From Chthoniobacteraceae bacterium (GTDB lineage Bacteria; Verrucomicrobiota; Verrucomicrobiia; Chthoniobacterales; Chthoniobacteraceae), in the NCBI GenBank assembly GCA_031409335.1, contig JANNWY010000224.1, positions 1 through 27,967 of the forward strand: a DNA stretch of 27,967 nucleotides, written 5' to 3'. A program made the position numbers and the translations under genes. This document shows, piece after piece, positions 18,402 through 25,106 of the stretch. The notes beneath the pieces were generated by a model that worked only from the letters and a program-made list of their open reading frames with translations, was not told the DNA's origin and did no database searches. Within the stretch, counting starts at the first letter, position 1, and each line of letters opens with the position of its first letter.

Positions 18402-18545
18402 CTAAGGGTTCCACACCTTATGATAGCGGACCTTTTGCACAGCGGGAAGCAGCAGGCCGCCTTTGGCATCTTTCTTTGGCTTGATGTCTTTCAACTGGAC
18501 GGTGGCTTTGGATTGTTTCGGCTGTTTGGATGTTTTTGTTTTCAT
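18402..18545 (-). CDS. GG-leader precursor peptide 7; core LLLPAVQKVRYHKVWNP
   Basis: Hand translation: MKTKTSKQPKQSKATVQLKDIKPKKDAKGG + 17-aa core, TAG TAG. Confidence 0.85.
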   Translation of the reverse strand: MKTKTSKQPKQSKATVQLKDIKPKKDAKGGLLLPAVQKVRYHKVWNP

Positions 18546-18604
18546 GGTCTTGTTTCTTTCTGTTGTTGCTTTTTCGGTCTGGTTTAGGCGGGCATCGAAT
18601 GTTC

Positions 18605-18751
18605 TTATATTTGGGTCGCAAGGGCGGTGAGGCGATAGCGGCTATCTTTGAGTTGCGACGCGCCACCCTTTGGATTCGTCCGCGGTTTGAAATCCTTCAA
18701 CTGGACGGCGGGTTTGGATCGTTTCGGCTGTTTGGATGTTTTAGTTTTCAT
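18605..18751 (-). CDS. GG-leader precursor peptide 6; core ASQLKDSRYRLTALATQI
   Basis: MKTKTSKQPKRSKPAVQLKDFKPRTNPKGG + 18-aa core, within ORF 18605..18874. Confidence 0.82.
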   Translation of the reverse strand: MKTKTSKQPKRSKPAVQLKDFKPRTNPKGGASQLKDSRYRLTALATQI

Positions 18752-18897
18752 GTTCTTGTTTCGTTCTGTTGTTGCTTTTCCGGCCTGGCGCGGACGCCGC
18801 CGAATAGCTTGCGGCGTCCGCCTTTCACATCGCACCTGCGGATCTGCTCTCTGGGCGGAAGACCGCAGCGCCAAGCTGAGCGGAGTGCTTCGACCCT

Positions 18898-19086
18898 CTA
18901 GTTGCGGACGCTGCCGTCGCCCAGCAGAACGTTCAATCCACCCGCGTGGCCCGCTGCCTCGCGCACTTTCTGAACAGCGGGCACCAGCAGGCCGATCCCG
19001 CCCTTTGGATTCTTCTTCGGCTTCATGTCCTTCAACTGGACGGTGGATTTGGTTTGTTTCGGCTGTTTGGATGCTTTGGTTTTCAT
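18898..19086 (-). CDS. GG-leader precursor peptide 5; core IGLLVPAVQKVREAAGHAGGLNVLLGDGSVRN
   Basis: MKTKASKQPKQTKSTVQLKDMKPKKNPKGG + 32-aa core, within ORF 18898..19146. Confidence 0.88.
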   Translation of the reverse strand: MKTKASKQPKQTKSTVQLKDMKPKKNPKGGIGLLVPAVQKVREAAGHAGGLNVLLGDGSVRN

Positions 19087-19173
19087 GGTCTTGTTTCTTT
19101 CTGTTGCTTGTTGTTTTCCTGACTTGGCGCGGACGACCCCGAGCACGGCGTGATCATGGTGGTAATCGAGGAG

Positions 19174-19314
19174 TTATCTTGGGAAATTGCCGATAAGTGC
19201 CTTTTTCATTTCATGCGCGTTAGAGCCGCCTTTGGCGTTTTTCTTTGGTTTGATGTCCTTCAACTGGACGGCGAGTTTGGTTCGTTTCGGCTGATTGGAT
19301 GTTTTCGTTTTCAT
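19174..19314 (-). CDS. GG-leader precursor peptide 4; core SNAHEMKKALIGNFPR
   Basis: Hand translation: MKTKTSNQPKRTKLAVQLKDIKPKKNAKGG + 16-aa core, TAA. Confidence 0.85.
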   Translation of the reverse strand: MKTKTSNQPKRTKLAVQLKDIKPKKNAKGGSNAHEMKKALIGNFPR

Positions 19315-19402
19315 GGTTTTGTTTCCTTCTGTTGTTGTTTTTCCGGTCTGGCGCGGACGACCCCGAACACGCCTTTCCTTTTGTTGCTTAAGGGTAATGT
19401 TG

Positions 19403-19528
19403 CTAGTGTCCCTTTCTACCGATGAGGATTGCGATAATGCCGCCCTTGGCGTCTTTCTTCGGCTGGATGTCCTTCAACTGGACGGTGGGTTTGGATTGTT
19501 TCGGCTGTTTGGATGTTTTCGTTTTTAT
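19403..19528 (-). pseudogene. GG-leader precursor peptide 3 with ATG>ATA start; core IIAILIGRKGH
   Basis: ATA-KTKTSKQPKQSKPTVQLKDIQPKKDAKGG + 11-aa core, TAG. The frame is intact except for the start codon. Confidence 0.7.
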
Positions 19529-19627
19529 GGTCTTGTTTCATTCTGTTGCTTGTTGTTCTCCGGCCTGGCTCTCACGACTCCGAACACGGTTCGGTGTCCG
19601 CCTTTCACATCCCGTTTCGGATCACAG

Positions 19628-19777
19628 TTAGAGCGAACCAAATTGGAAGTTTACCGTTTCCGTTGGTCCGTCGTATCTGGTTCGCTTACCTCCGGTCGGG
19701 TTTTTGTGCGGCTTGATGTCCTTCAACTGGACGGTGGGTTTGGCTTGTTTCGGCTGTTTGGATGTTTTCGTTTTCAT
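19628..19777 (-). CDS. GG-leader precursor peptide 2; core KRTRYDGPTETVNFQFGSL
   Basis: Hand translation: MKTKTSKQPKQAKPTVQLKDIKPHKNPTGG + 19-aa core, TAA. Confidence 0.85.
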   Translation of the reverse strand: MKTKTSKQPKQAKPTVQLKDIKPHKNPTGGKRTRYDGPTETVNFQFGSL

Positions 19778-19868
19778 GGTTTAGTTTCTTTCTGTTGTTT
19801 GCTGTTTCCAAGCTTGGCGCGGACGACCCCGAACACGCCTTTCCTTTTGTTGCTTGAGGGCATTGTGG

Positions 19869-20003
19869 CTAGCGCACCTTTTGAATAGCGGGCAGCAACA
19901 TGCCGATGAGTATACCGCCCTTGGCGTCTTTCTTCGGCTGGATGTCCTTCAACTGGACGGTGGCTTTGGATTGTTTCGGTTGTTTGGCTGTTTTCGTTTT
20001 CAT
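19869..20003 (-). CDS. GG-leader precursor peptide 1; core ILIGMLLPAIQKVR
   Basis: Hand translation: MKTKTAKQPKQSKATVQLKDIQPKKDAKGG + 14-aa core, TAG. Confidence 0.85.
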   Translation of the reverse strand: MKTKTAKQPKQSKATVQLKDIQPKKDAKGGILIGMLLPAIQKVR

Positions 20004-20188
20004 GGTCTTGTTTCTTTCTGTTGTTGTTTTTCCGGCCTGGCTCTCACGGCTCCGAACACGGTTCGGCGTCCGCCTTTCACATCCCGTTTTGGGATGAGAT
20101 CGTTGAGCCGGATCGGTTTCTCGTGCGGCGCTTTGCCGCCTTGCGGAGTGGCCGATCCTTGGATGGCTGATGGTTTGTTTGATTCCAC
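20000..20188 (-). CDS. Lead ORF of the array, second type of GG peptide (KPIRLNDLIPKRDVKGG|RRTVFGA...)
   Basis: GTG start preceded by AAGGAAG. It carries the same L.D..PK.D.KGG box as the leaders, and its TGA overlaps the ATG of precursor 1 (ATGA). Confidence 0.6.
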   Translation of the reverse strand: MESNKPSAIQGSATPQGGKAPHEKPIRLNDLIPKRDVKGGRRTVFGAVRARPEKQQQKETRP

Positions 20189-20340
20189 ATCTCTTCCTTT
20201 AACATGATTGATGCCAACCCGTTTGCGTGCGTCGCAAGTCACGAATGCACAACGACATATAGTTGAACCACGCCAATGGAGCCGCTTCTGCCAATGGCCT
20301 CGATATGGAGCATCGTGGCCTTGAAATAGAGCCACCTGCT

Positions 20341-21342
20341 CTACTTCAAATCCAGCCGCGCGAGATGGCGCGCGAGCTTTCCGCGGGAGATGCCGAGAAG
20401 CTGGGCGGCCTGGCGCTGATTGCGCCCGCTTTGCTCATACACGCGGCGCACATGCTCCCGCACGGCGGCTTCGAGGGAGACATCGTTCGCAGGCTTTTCC
20501 ACTTCTTCAGAAAGCGCCGGACTCGCCGCTGCCGCAGCGGGCGATCCAGTTTCGGGAGCGAGGTCACGGTGAAAGATCACATGCGCGGGCAGCACGACCT
20601 TTCCCTCGCAGAAGAGCGTGACGCTGCGCATCGTGTGGCGCAGTTCGCGCAAGTTGCCGGGCCATTCGTAGCGCAGGAGCATTTCCATCGCGGCGGGATG
20701 GATCGCGGTGATGCGCTGGCCCGCTGCCGCCGCCGCCGCTTTCAACTCGACGGCGATGAGCGATGGCAAATCCTCGGCGCGCTCGCGCAACGACGGGATG
20801 AGCAGCACGAGGCCATCGAGCCGGTGGTAAAGATCCTCGCGAAATTTGCCGTCGCGGATGCGCTCGCGCAGCGAGCAATTCGTGGCGGAAATGATGCGCG
20901 CATCCGAGCGGTGCATCTGCTCACCGCCGACGCGCTCGAATTCGCCATACTCGATCGCGCGCAAAATTTTTGCCTGCGCGAGCGGGCTCATGTCGGCGAT
21001 TTCGTCAAAGAACATCGTGCCCGCGTGGGCCAGCTCGAACTTGCCCTTGTGCGCGTGCTGCGCGCCGGTGAAAGCGCCGCGCTCGTGGCCGAAGAGTTCG
21101 CTTTCGAGCAGCGTGTCCGTCATCGCGGAGGCGTTGAAGGAAACGAATGCGCCCTTCGCGCGCGCGGACGAATTGTGGATCGCCTGCGCGAGCAGCGTCT
21201 TGCCAGTGCCGGTGCGGCCGAGGATGAGCACGGGGATGTCGCTCTTTGCCGCGAGGGCGGCGAGTTCGAGGCAGCGGCGCATCGCGGCATTGCCGGAGGT
21301 CAGGTGCTCGATTTTCAGGCTGGAAAATGCGGGCGCGCTCAC
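20341..21342 (-). CDS. Sigma54-dependent enhancer-binding protein (AAA+ plus Fis HTH), no N-terminal sensor domain
   Basis: GRTGTGKT, ESELFGHERGAFTGA, FFDEIA, FREDLYHRL, WPGNLREL, NQRQAAQLLGISR. The start overlaps the hlyD stop. Confidence 0.95.
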   Translation of the reverse strand: MSAPAFSSLKIEHLTSGNAAMRRCLELAALAAKSDIPVLILGRTGTGKTLLAQAIHNSSARAKGAFVSFNASAMTDTLLESELFGHERGAFTGAQHAHKGKFELAHAGTMFFDEIADMSPLAQAKILRAIEYGEFERVGGEQMHRSDARIISATNCSLRERIRDGKFREDLYHRLDGLVLLIPSLRERAEDLPSLIAVELKAAAAAAGQRITAIHPAAMEMLLRYEWPGNLRELRHTMRSVTLFCEGKVVLPAHVIFHRDLAPETGSPAAAAASPALSEEVEKPANDVSLEAAVREHVRRVYEQSGRNQRQAAQLLGISRGKLARHLARLDLK

Positions 21343-22529
21343 GGGCGGAGATTTTCGCGTAGCTGGCGGACGGGCTCGAAGGCGTATTCGATGATGCGAC
21401 GACTGCCGACGATGATGCGCGCCTCGCCCTTCATCCCGACGCGCAGCGGGCGCTGCTCGTCTTTTACAAAAATGAACGTCCGATCGAGCGACGCGGCGGC
21501 GGTGAAATGCCGGCCTTCCTCGAAGGCGACCGCGGCGGGGCTGATCCAGCCAAGCCGCCCGGTGACGGTGCCGTAACGCTGGTAGGGAAACGCCGCGAAA
21601 AAGAGCCGCACCGGCTGCCCGACGGCGAGCCTAGGAAGACCCTGCTCTTTCAGCAACAAGCGCGCGTGCGGCATGGCATCGACGCGGGCGAGCTGGCAAA
21701 GCTCGGCACCCGCCTGCACGACGCTGCCCGCATTGCGCTGTGCGAGCGAAATCACGACCGCATCGTACGGCGCGCGGATCGTGAGCAGATCGTCGCTCGC
21801 GCCCGCGAGGTCGCGCTTCAAGGCATCGATGCGCAGCTTGAGTTTTTGCACATCGGACGACTCATCGCCGCGCTGGCGACCGCGCTCGGTTTCGATTTTC
21901 AAGCGGTCGAGTTTCGCCGTCTCGATGCTCTTTTCGGACACGTTCAAATCTTTCTCGGACTCGGCGAGGAGAAGCTGCTGCCGGGTCAATTCGATCTGCG
22001 AGATGCCGCCGCTCTTCGCCAGTTTTTCGAGGCGCACAGTCAGGTCACGATTTGTCTCCGCGTGCTTCGCGCGAAATTTCGCCTCGCGTTCGACCTGCGC
22101 GATCTCGGCGGCCTTGATGCTCATCTGCGTGGTGAACGCGGTCTCCAGTTTCGCGATACTTTCCTCCCGCGCCCGCAAATCCTCCGTCAGCGTCTGGAGC
22201 TGCGTGTGCCGCATCCGCACTTCATCCGAGCGCAGCACAAAAAGCTCCGCCCCCGCCGCGACCTCCTGCGCCTCCGCCACCCGCACCGCACTCACGACCG
22301 CCTGATACGGAGCCTGAATCGGGTCCGCCCCATCCTTCGGCACGAGCGTAAAAGCGCACCGCACCGTCTCCGGCACCCGCACCACAATCGCCGCAGTGAG
22401 CGCCGCGACGAACATCGCAATCAAGAGCCACGCGATGCAGCGGGCGATCAACGGCGGCGGCTCCTGCGGGAGCATCTCGGACTCCTGCTCAAGCGACCCG
22501 CGTTTGGTATGGTGGAACGCTGCGTTCAT
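21339..22529 (-). CDS. HlyD-family membrane fusion / periplasmic adaptor of type I secretion
   Basis: N-terminal TM helix, coiled-coil hairpin, IRAPYDAVV, AFPYQRYGTVTGRLGWISP, LRVGMKGEARIIVG.R.IIEY.FEP. Confidence 0.93.
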   Translation of the reverse strand: MNAAFHHTKRGSLEQESEMLPQEPPPLIARCIAWLLIAMFVAALTAAIVVRVPETVRCAFTLVPKDGADPIQAPYQAVVSAVRVAEAQEVAAGAELFVLRSDEVRMRHTQLQTLTEDLRAREESIAKLETAFTTQMSIKAAEIAQVEREAKFRAKHAETNRDLTVRLEKLAKSGGISQIELTRQQLLLAESEKDLNVSEKSIETAKLDRLKIETERGRQRGDESSDVQKLKLRIDALKRDLAGASDDLLTIRAPYDAVVISLAQRNAGSVVQAGAELCQLARVDAMPHARLLLKEQGLPRLAVGQPVRLFFAAFPYQRYGTVTGRLGWISPAAVAFEEGRHFTAAASLDRTFIFVKDEQRPLRVGMKGEARIIVGSRRIIEYAFEPVRQLRENLRP

Positions 22530-22599
22530 AGCGGCGGAAACATCATCTCCGATTTACCTGCGAATGGCAGCCGCAATTCGCCTCAGCCCTGCATCCCAC

Positions 22600-22830
22600 C
22601 TTCTCCGTGCAAATGGTCGCCGGAAGCGTCGGCACCAAGCGTTACCCCTGAGTAAGATAAAGCGCGGGGAGCAACCGCCTCCCGGCGAACAGACCATCCG
22701 CCGCCTCGCGGAGGAACTCGGTGAAAACCCCGATGCGCTGCTGGCGCTGGCGGGCAAGGTTTCCAGCGATCTGCGCGACATCATCCGCGAACGTCCCACC
22801 GTGGTCGCGGAACTCCTGCGCGCGTCGAAC
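22600..22830 (+). pseudogene. Decayed XRE-family HTH regulator
   Basis: LSKIKRGEQPPPGEQTIRRLAEELGENPDALLALAGKVSSDL is the second half of an HTH_3 domain. The first half (MVAGSVG...) is in another frame. Boundaries are approximate. Confidence 0.6.
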
Positions 22831-22878
22831 GGCAGATCGGGCACATCCTCACCTGCGCGCAGCGCCGGATCGAAAAAA

Positions 22879-23100
22879 TGTCATCCTGAGCTTGTCGAGC
22901 CGAGTCTGCGAGACAGCCGAGCGGGCGGAGGCGGGGAGGCAACGACCTCATGCTTCCGCGGGCCGAGGAGGAGGAGGGGAATCGCGGGGGACGGTGGATG
23001 GGCGAGAAAGAAGAGGCGGGGATTGAGCGCCGTTCCGAACCGGCTCCGCACCGCCGCTGCCCGCAGAGATCAGAGGTCCTTCGACAAGCTCAGGATGACA
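22879..23100. repeat. REP/MITE-like element with perfect 20-bp terminal inverted repeats
   Basis: TGTCATCCTGAGCTTGTCGA (22879-22898) and TCGACAAGCTCAGGATGACA (23081-23100). Confidence 0.85.
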
Positions 23101-23123
23101 GGGTTTTTCGCTAAGCGCTCCGC

Positions 23124-23640
23124 GTGCTGACCTTGACGGCGGACGAGATCGAAACCGCTCTGCGCCCCGCCGGATTGCACGACGCCTCGTTCCCGGCACT
23201 CACCATCACCTTTCAGCGCACGCTTCGGATTCCCGACGACGGCCGGACTTACCCGCTTCCCGCCGGCCTCGGCGCGTTCCCACTCCGTTCCGTGGACGAC
23301 TTTCCCGCGACGGCTCCGGCCTCCTGGCTCCAGCGCGGCGGGGTCGTTTTGCCCATGGATCAGAGCGAGGCGCTCTGGATCAGCTTCTCGGCGTCGTATC
23401 CGTGCGCGGTGAAGATCGTGGCGGGAAAGATCAACGCCGTTTCCGGTGCAGCGTGGACCGCGGAGTTGCAAAGCGAGCCGCAGGATTACGTCGTCGTCCC
23501 CGGCCAGCCGTGGCTCGATGGATTCTCCGTCGGCGAAGGGCTCATCCGGCAATTCGTCGCCATGCCGCTCGGCGCGGGTGACTCGGTCGAGGAGCAACTC
23601 ACCGGGCGGGCGGACGTGGACGGGATGCAGCGGCCCGTCG
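23124..23640 (+). pseudogene. Truncated conserved hypothetical protein (FQRTLRIPDDG...QPWLDG family)
   Basis: Protein-like motifs run to VEEQLTG, then the frame continues into the antisense of the convergent DUF3368 gene. Recalled homologues are longer. Confidence 0.55.
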
Positions 23641-23641
23641 G

Positions 23642-24133
23642 CTACTCGCCTGCCTGCGAAAGAATGAAGCTTTCGATGTCGGCGCGGATGAAAAAACGCG
23701 CTTCGCTCCTCAGCTTCCGCATTTCCTCGCGCACCGATGGCAACTGCCCGGAGAATTTCGCGTGCAGCAACTCGCCGAGCACGCCAGCGACTTTGAGATG
23801 ACGGTCGCGCGCCGCCATTCGTCCCCGTCGTTCATCGATCAGCAGCACATCCGTCGTGGTCGCTGCCGCCAGCGCAATCGCTTCCGCCTCGCCGGGATCC
23901 AAAGTCCTCCTCAATTCTTCGAGCGCACTCGGGGTCGGAACGGATTCCACGGCCAGCCATCCCTCATGGAAAGCCGCGTCGATCGTCTCACGCGCCGCCA
24001 CATGACTGAGCGCGCGGAGTTCGCGTGCGACTTCGGGCGGCACCGTTACCCGCCCATACCGCTGCCGTAGGAGCGACAGCCGTCCGATGATCGCGAGGTT
24101 GGAAATGGGCGACGTATTACTGACCACGCGCAT
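23642..24133 (-). CDS. DUF3368-type PIN domain protein (putative toxin)
   Basis: MRVVSNTSPISNLAIIGRL, VPPEVAREL, LDPGEAEAIALA, LLIDERRGR..A. Confidence 0.9.
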   Translation of the reverse strand: MRVVSNTSPISNLAIIGRLSLLRQRYGRVTVPPEVARELRALSHVAARETIDAAFHEGWLAVESVPTPSALEELRRTLDPGEAEAIALAAATTTDVLLIDERRGRMAARDRHLKVAGVLGELLHAKFSGQLPSVREEMRKLRSEARFFIRADIESFILSQAGE

Positions 24134-24371
24134 GCGCCAGATCCTCGACCGCTTCCGTGATCGTGTAGTCACGCGCAATTCCGCGCTCAGCCAGCTCGAC
24201 CCCGAAAGCGAAGTGATCCAGCCCCGCCATGCGCGCCGCCTGGCCGAGGGTCAGCCAGCCGCGGGCATAGTAGCGGCAGGCCAGCTCGATCTGCATGTGC
24301 CGCTCGCGCTCGCCCGGACCGAGCGGCAGCATCCGCAGCGATTCTTCGTCTAGCTCCAGCGTGATGGACAT
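24117..24371 (-). CDS. UPF0175-family protein (putative antitoxin)
   Basis: IELACRYYARGWLTLGQAARMAGLD...F...LAERGI. It overlaps the DUF3368 gene start. Confidence 0.88.
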   Translation of the reverse strand: MSITLELDEESLRMLPLGPGERERHMQIELACRYYARGWLTLGQAARMAGLDHFAFGVELAERGIARDYTITEAVEDLAHARGQ

Positions 24372-24441
24372 GCCGGGAGCATAACCGGCTCGACCCCGCT
24401 GACAAGACCGCCGGATCAGCGAGAAAGCTGCGCGCTGTTTC

Positions 24442-24873
24442 CTATGGCACGACCACCAGCCCGGCCGCCTTCGCCATCACGGCCTGCCGCCCGTCAAACG
24501 TGCAAAACTCCGTCGCACCGACTTCCAGCGCGAGGGCGACGTGGAGCGTGTCCAGCGAGCGGCACAGGTTCGTGGCTGCATGAACGGCGGCGAGGCTCTC
24601 CGCCTTCGCAAAGACATCAGCCCACGCCGGACTCATCGCGGCAAAGACACCCGTTGCGAGGTCGTTCTCAAGATTTGCCAGCACCGAGTCGCGTTCCGTC
24701 TCGGTGATTTCGCCGCGCCCGTATTTCTGGCCGATTGCACTCTTCATCTCCAGCCGATGCAGCGCGGTGATCGGCGGCAGACCGCCCTGTTCCTGCACGA
24801 GCGCGACCGCCTGCGCCGAATTCGGTTCGCTCAGGTAGAGCTTCAGCAGAACACCCGAGTCGAAATACCGCAT
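24442..24873 (-). CDS. VapC-like PIN domain toxin
   Basis: YFDSGVLLKLYL.E, LHRLE, RSLDTLHVALAL, F.TFD.RQ...A...GL. Confidence 0.9.
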   Translation of the reverse strand: MRYFDSGVLLKLYLSEPNSAQAVALVQEQGGLPPITALHRLEMKSAIGQKYGRGEITETERDSVLANLENDLATGVFAAMSPAWADVFAKAESLAAVHAATNLCRSLDTLHVALALEVGATEFCTFDGRQAVMAKAAGLVVVP

Positions 24874-25106
24874 CAGACCCGTTCCGCCCGCAATTCATCG
24901 AGCACTGCCTGCGAATCGGGCAAGACCCGTTCGCCGAAAAGCGCCTTCTGCCTGGCGAGAAAATCCGGCGTCTTCGCTGGCGACGAGGGAACGGAACCGG
25001 TAGTCGCCGCTCGCGGCGCGTGCGCATCCATCCAGCGGCGGACTTCCATCCACTGCGCGGGCGGCAGTTGGGCGATGGCGGCTTCGATCTCGGCGAGCGT
25101 GCTCAT
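24873..25106 (-). CDS. Putative antitoxin of the VapC-like toxin
   Basis: 77-aa protein MSTLAEIEAAIAQLP...PDFLARQKALFG...DELRAER, with TGATG coupling to the toxin. Confidence 0.75.
   Translation of the reverse strand: MSTLAEIEAAIAQLPPAQWMEVRRWMDAHAPRAATTGSVPSSPAKTPDFLARQKALFGERVLPDSQAVLDELRAERV

Larger units (their letters stand above)
17772..20188 (-). repeat. Tandem array of nine double-glycine-leader peptide genes plus a lead ORF
   Basis: Nine copies of a ~110-130 bp conserved block (A-rich 5' region plus 90-bp leader coding sequence), separated by unrelated core-coding segments. Confidence 0.93.

Noticed and set aside
19180..19205. Internal sigma54 promoter AGGCACTTATCGGCA
   Set aside because: GG-to-GC spacing is one base short, and the site lies inside the coding core of precursor 4.
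17772..20003. Lanthipeptide, thiopeptide or sactipeptide precursors
   Set aside because: Cores lack Cys and are not Ser/Thr-rich. No LanM, YcaO or radical SAM gene is in the window.
17772..20100. CRISPR array interpretation of the repeat/variable pattern
   Set aside because: Repeats are over 100 bp, imperfect and protein-coding with preserved frame. Spacing is irregular and there are no cas genes.
17657..20207. Plus-strand Phe/Leu/Cys-rich ORFs (e.g. 17657..18388, 18045..18587, 19295..19888)
   Set aside because: They are antisense shadows of the Lys/Gln-rich leader repeats. The minus-strand frames have consistent starts, GG sites and stops.
17772..22529. Diversity-generating retroelement or integron as the source of core variation
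   Set aside because: No reverse transcriptase or integrase is present, there is no adenine-specific template/variable pair, and no attC-like sites were recognised.
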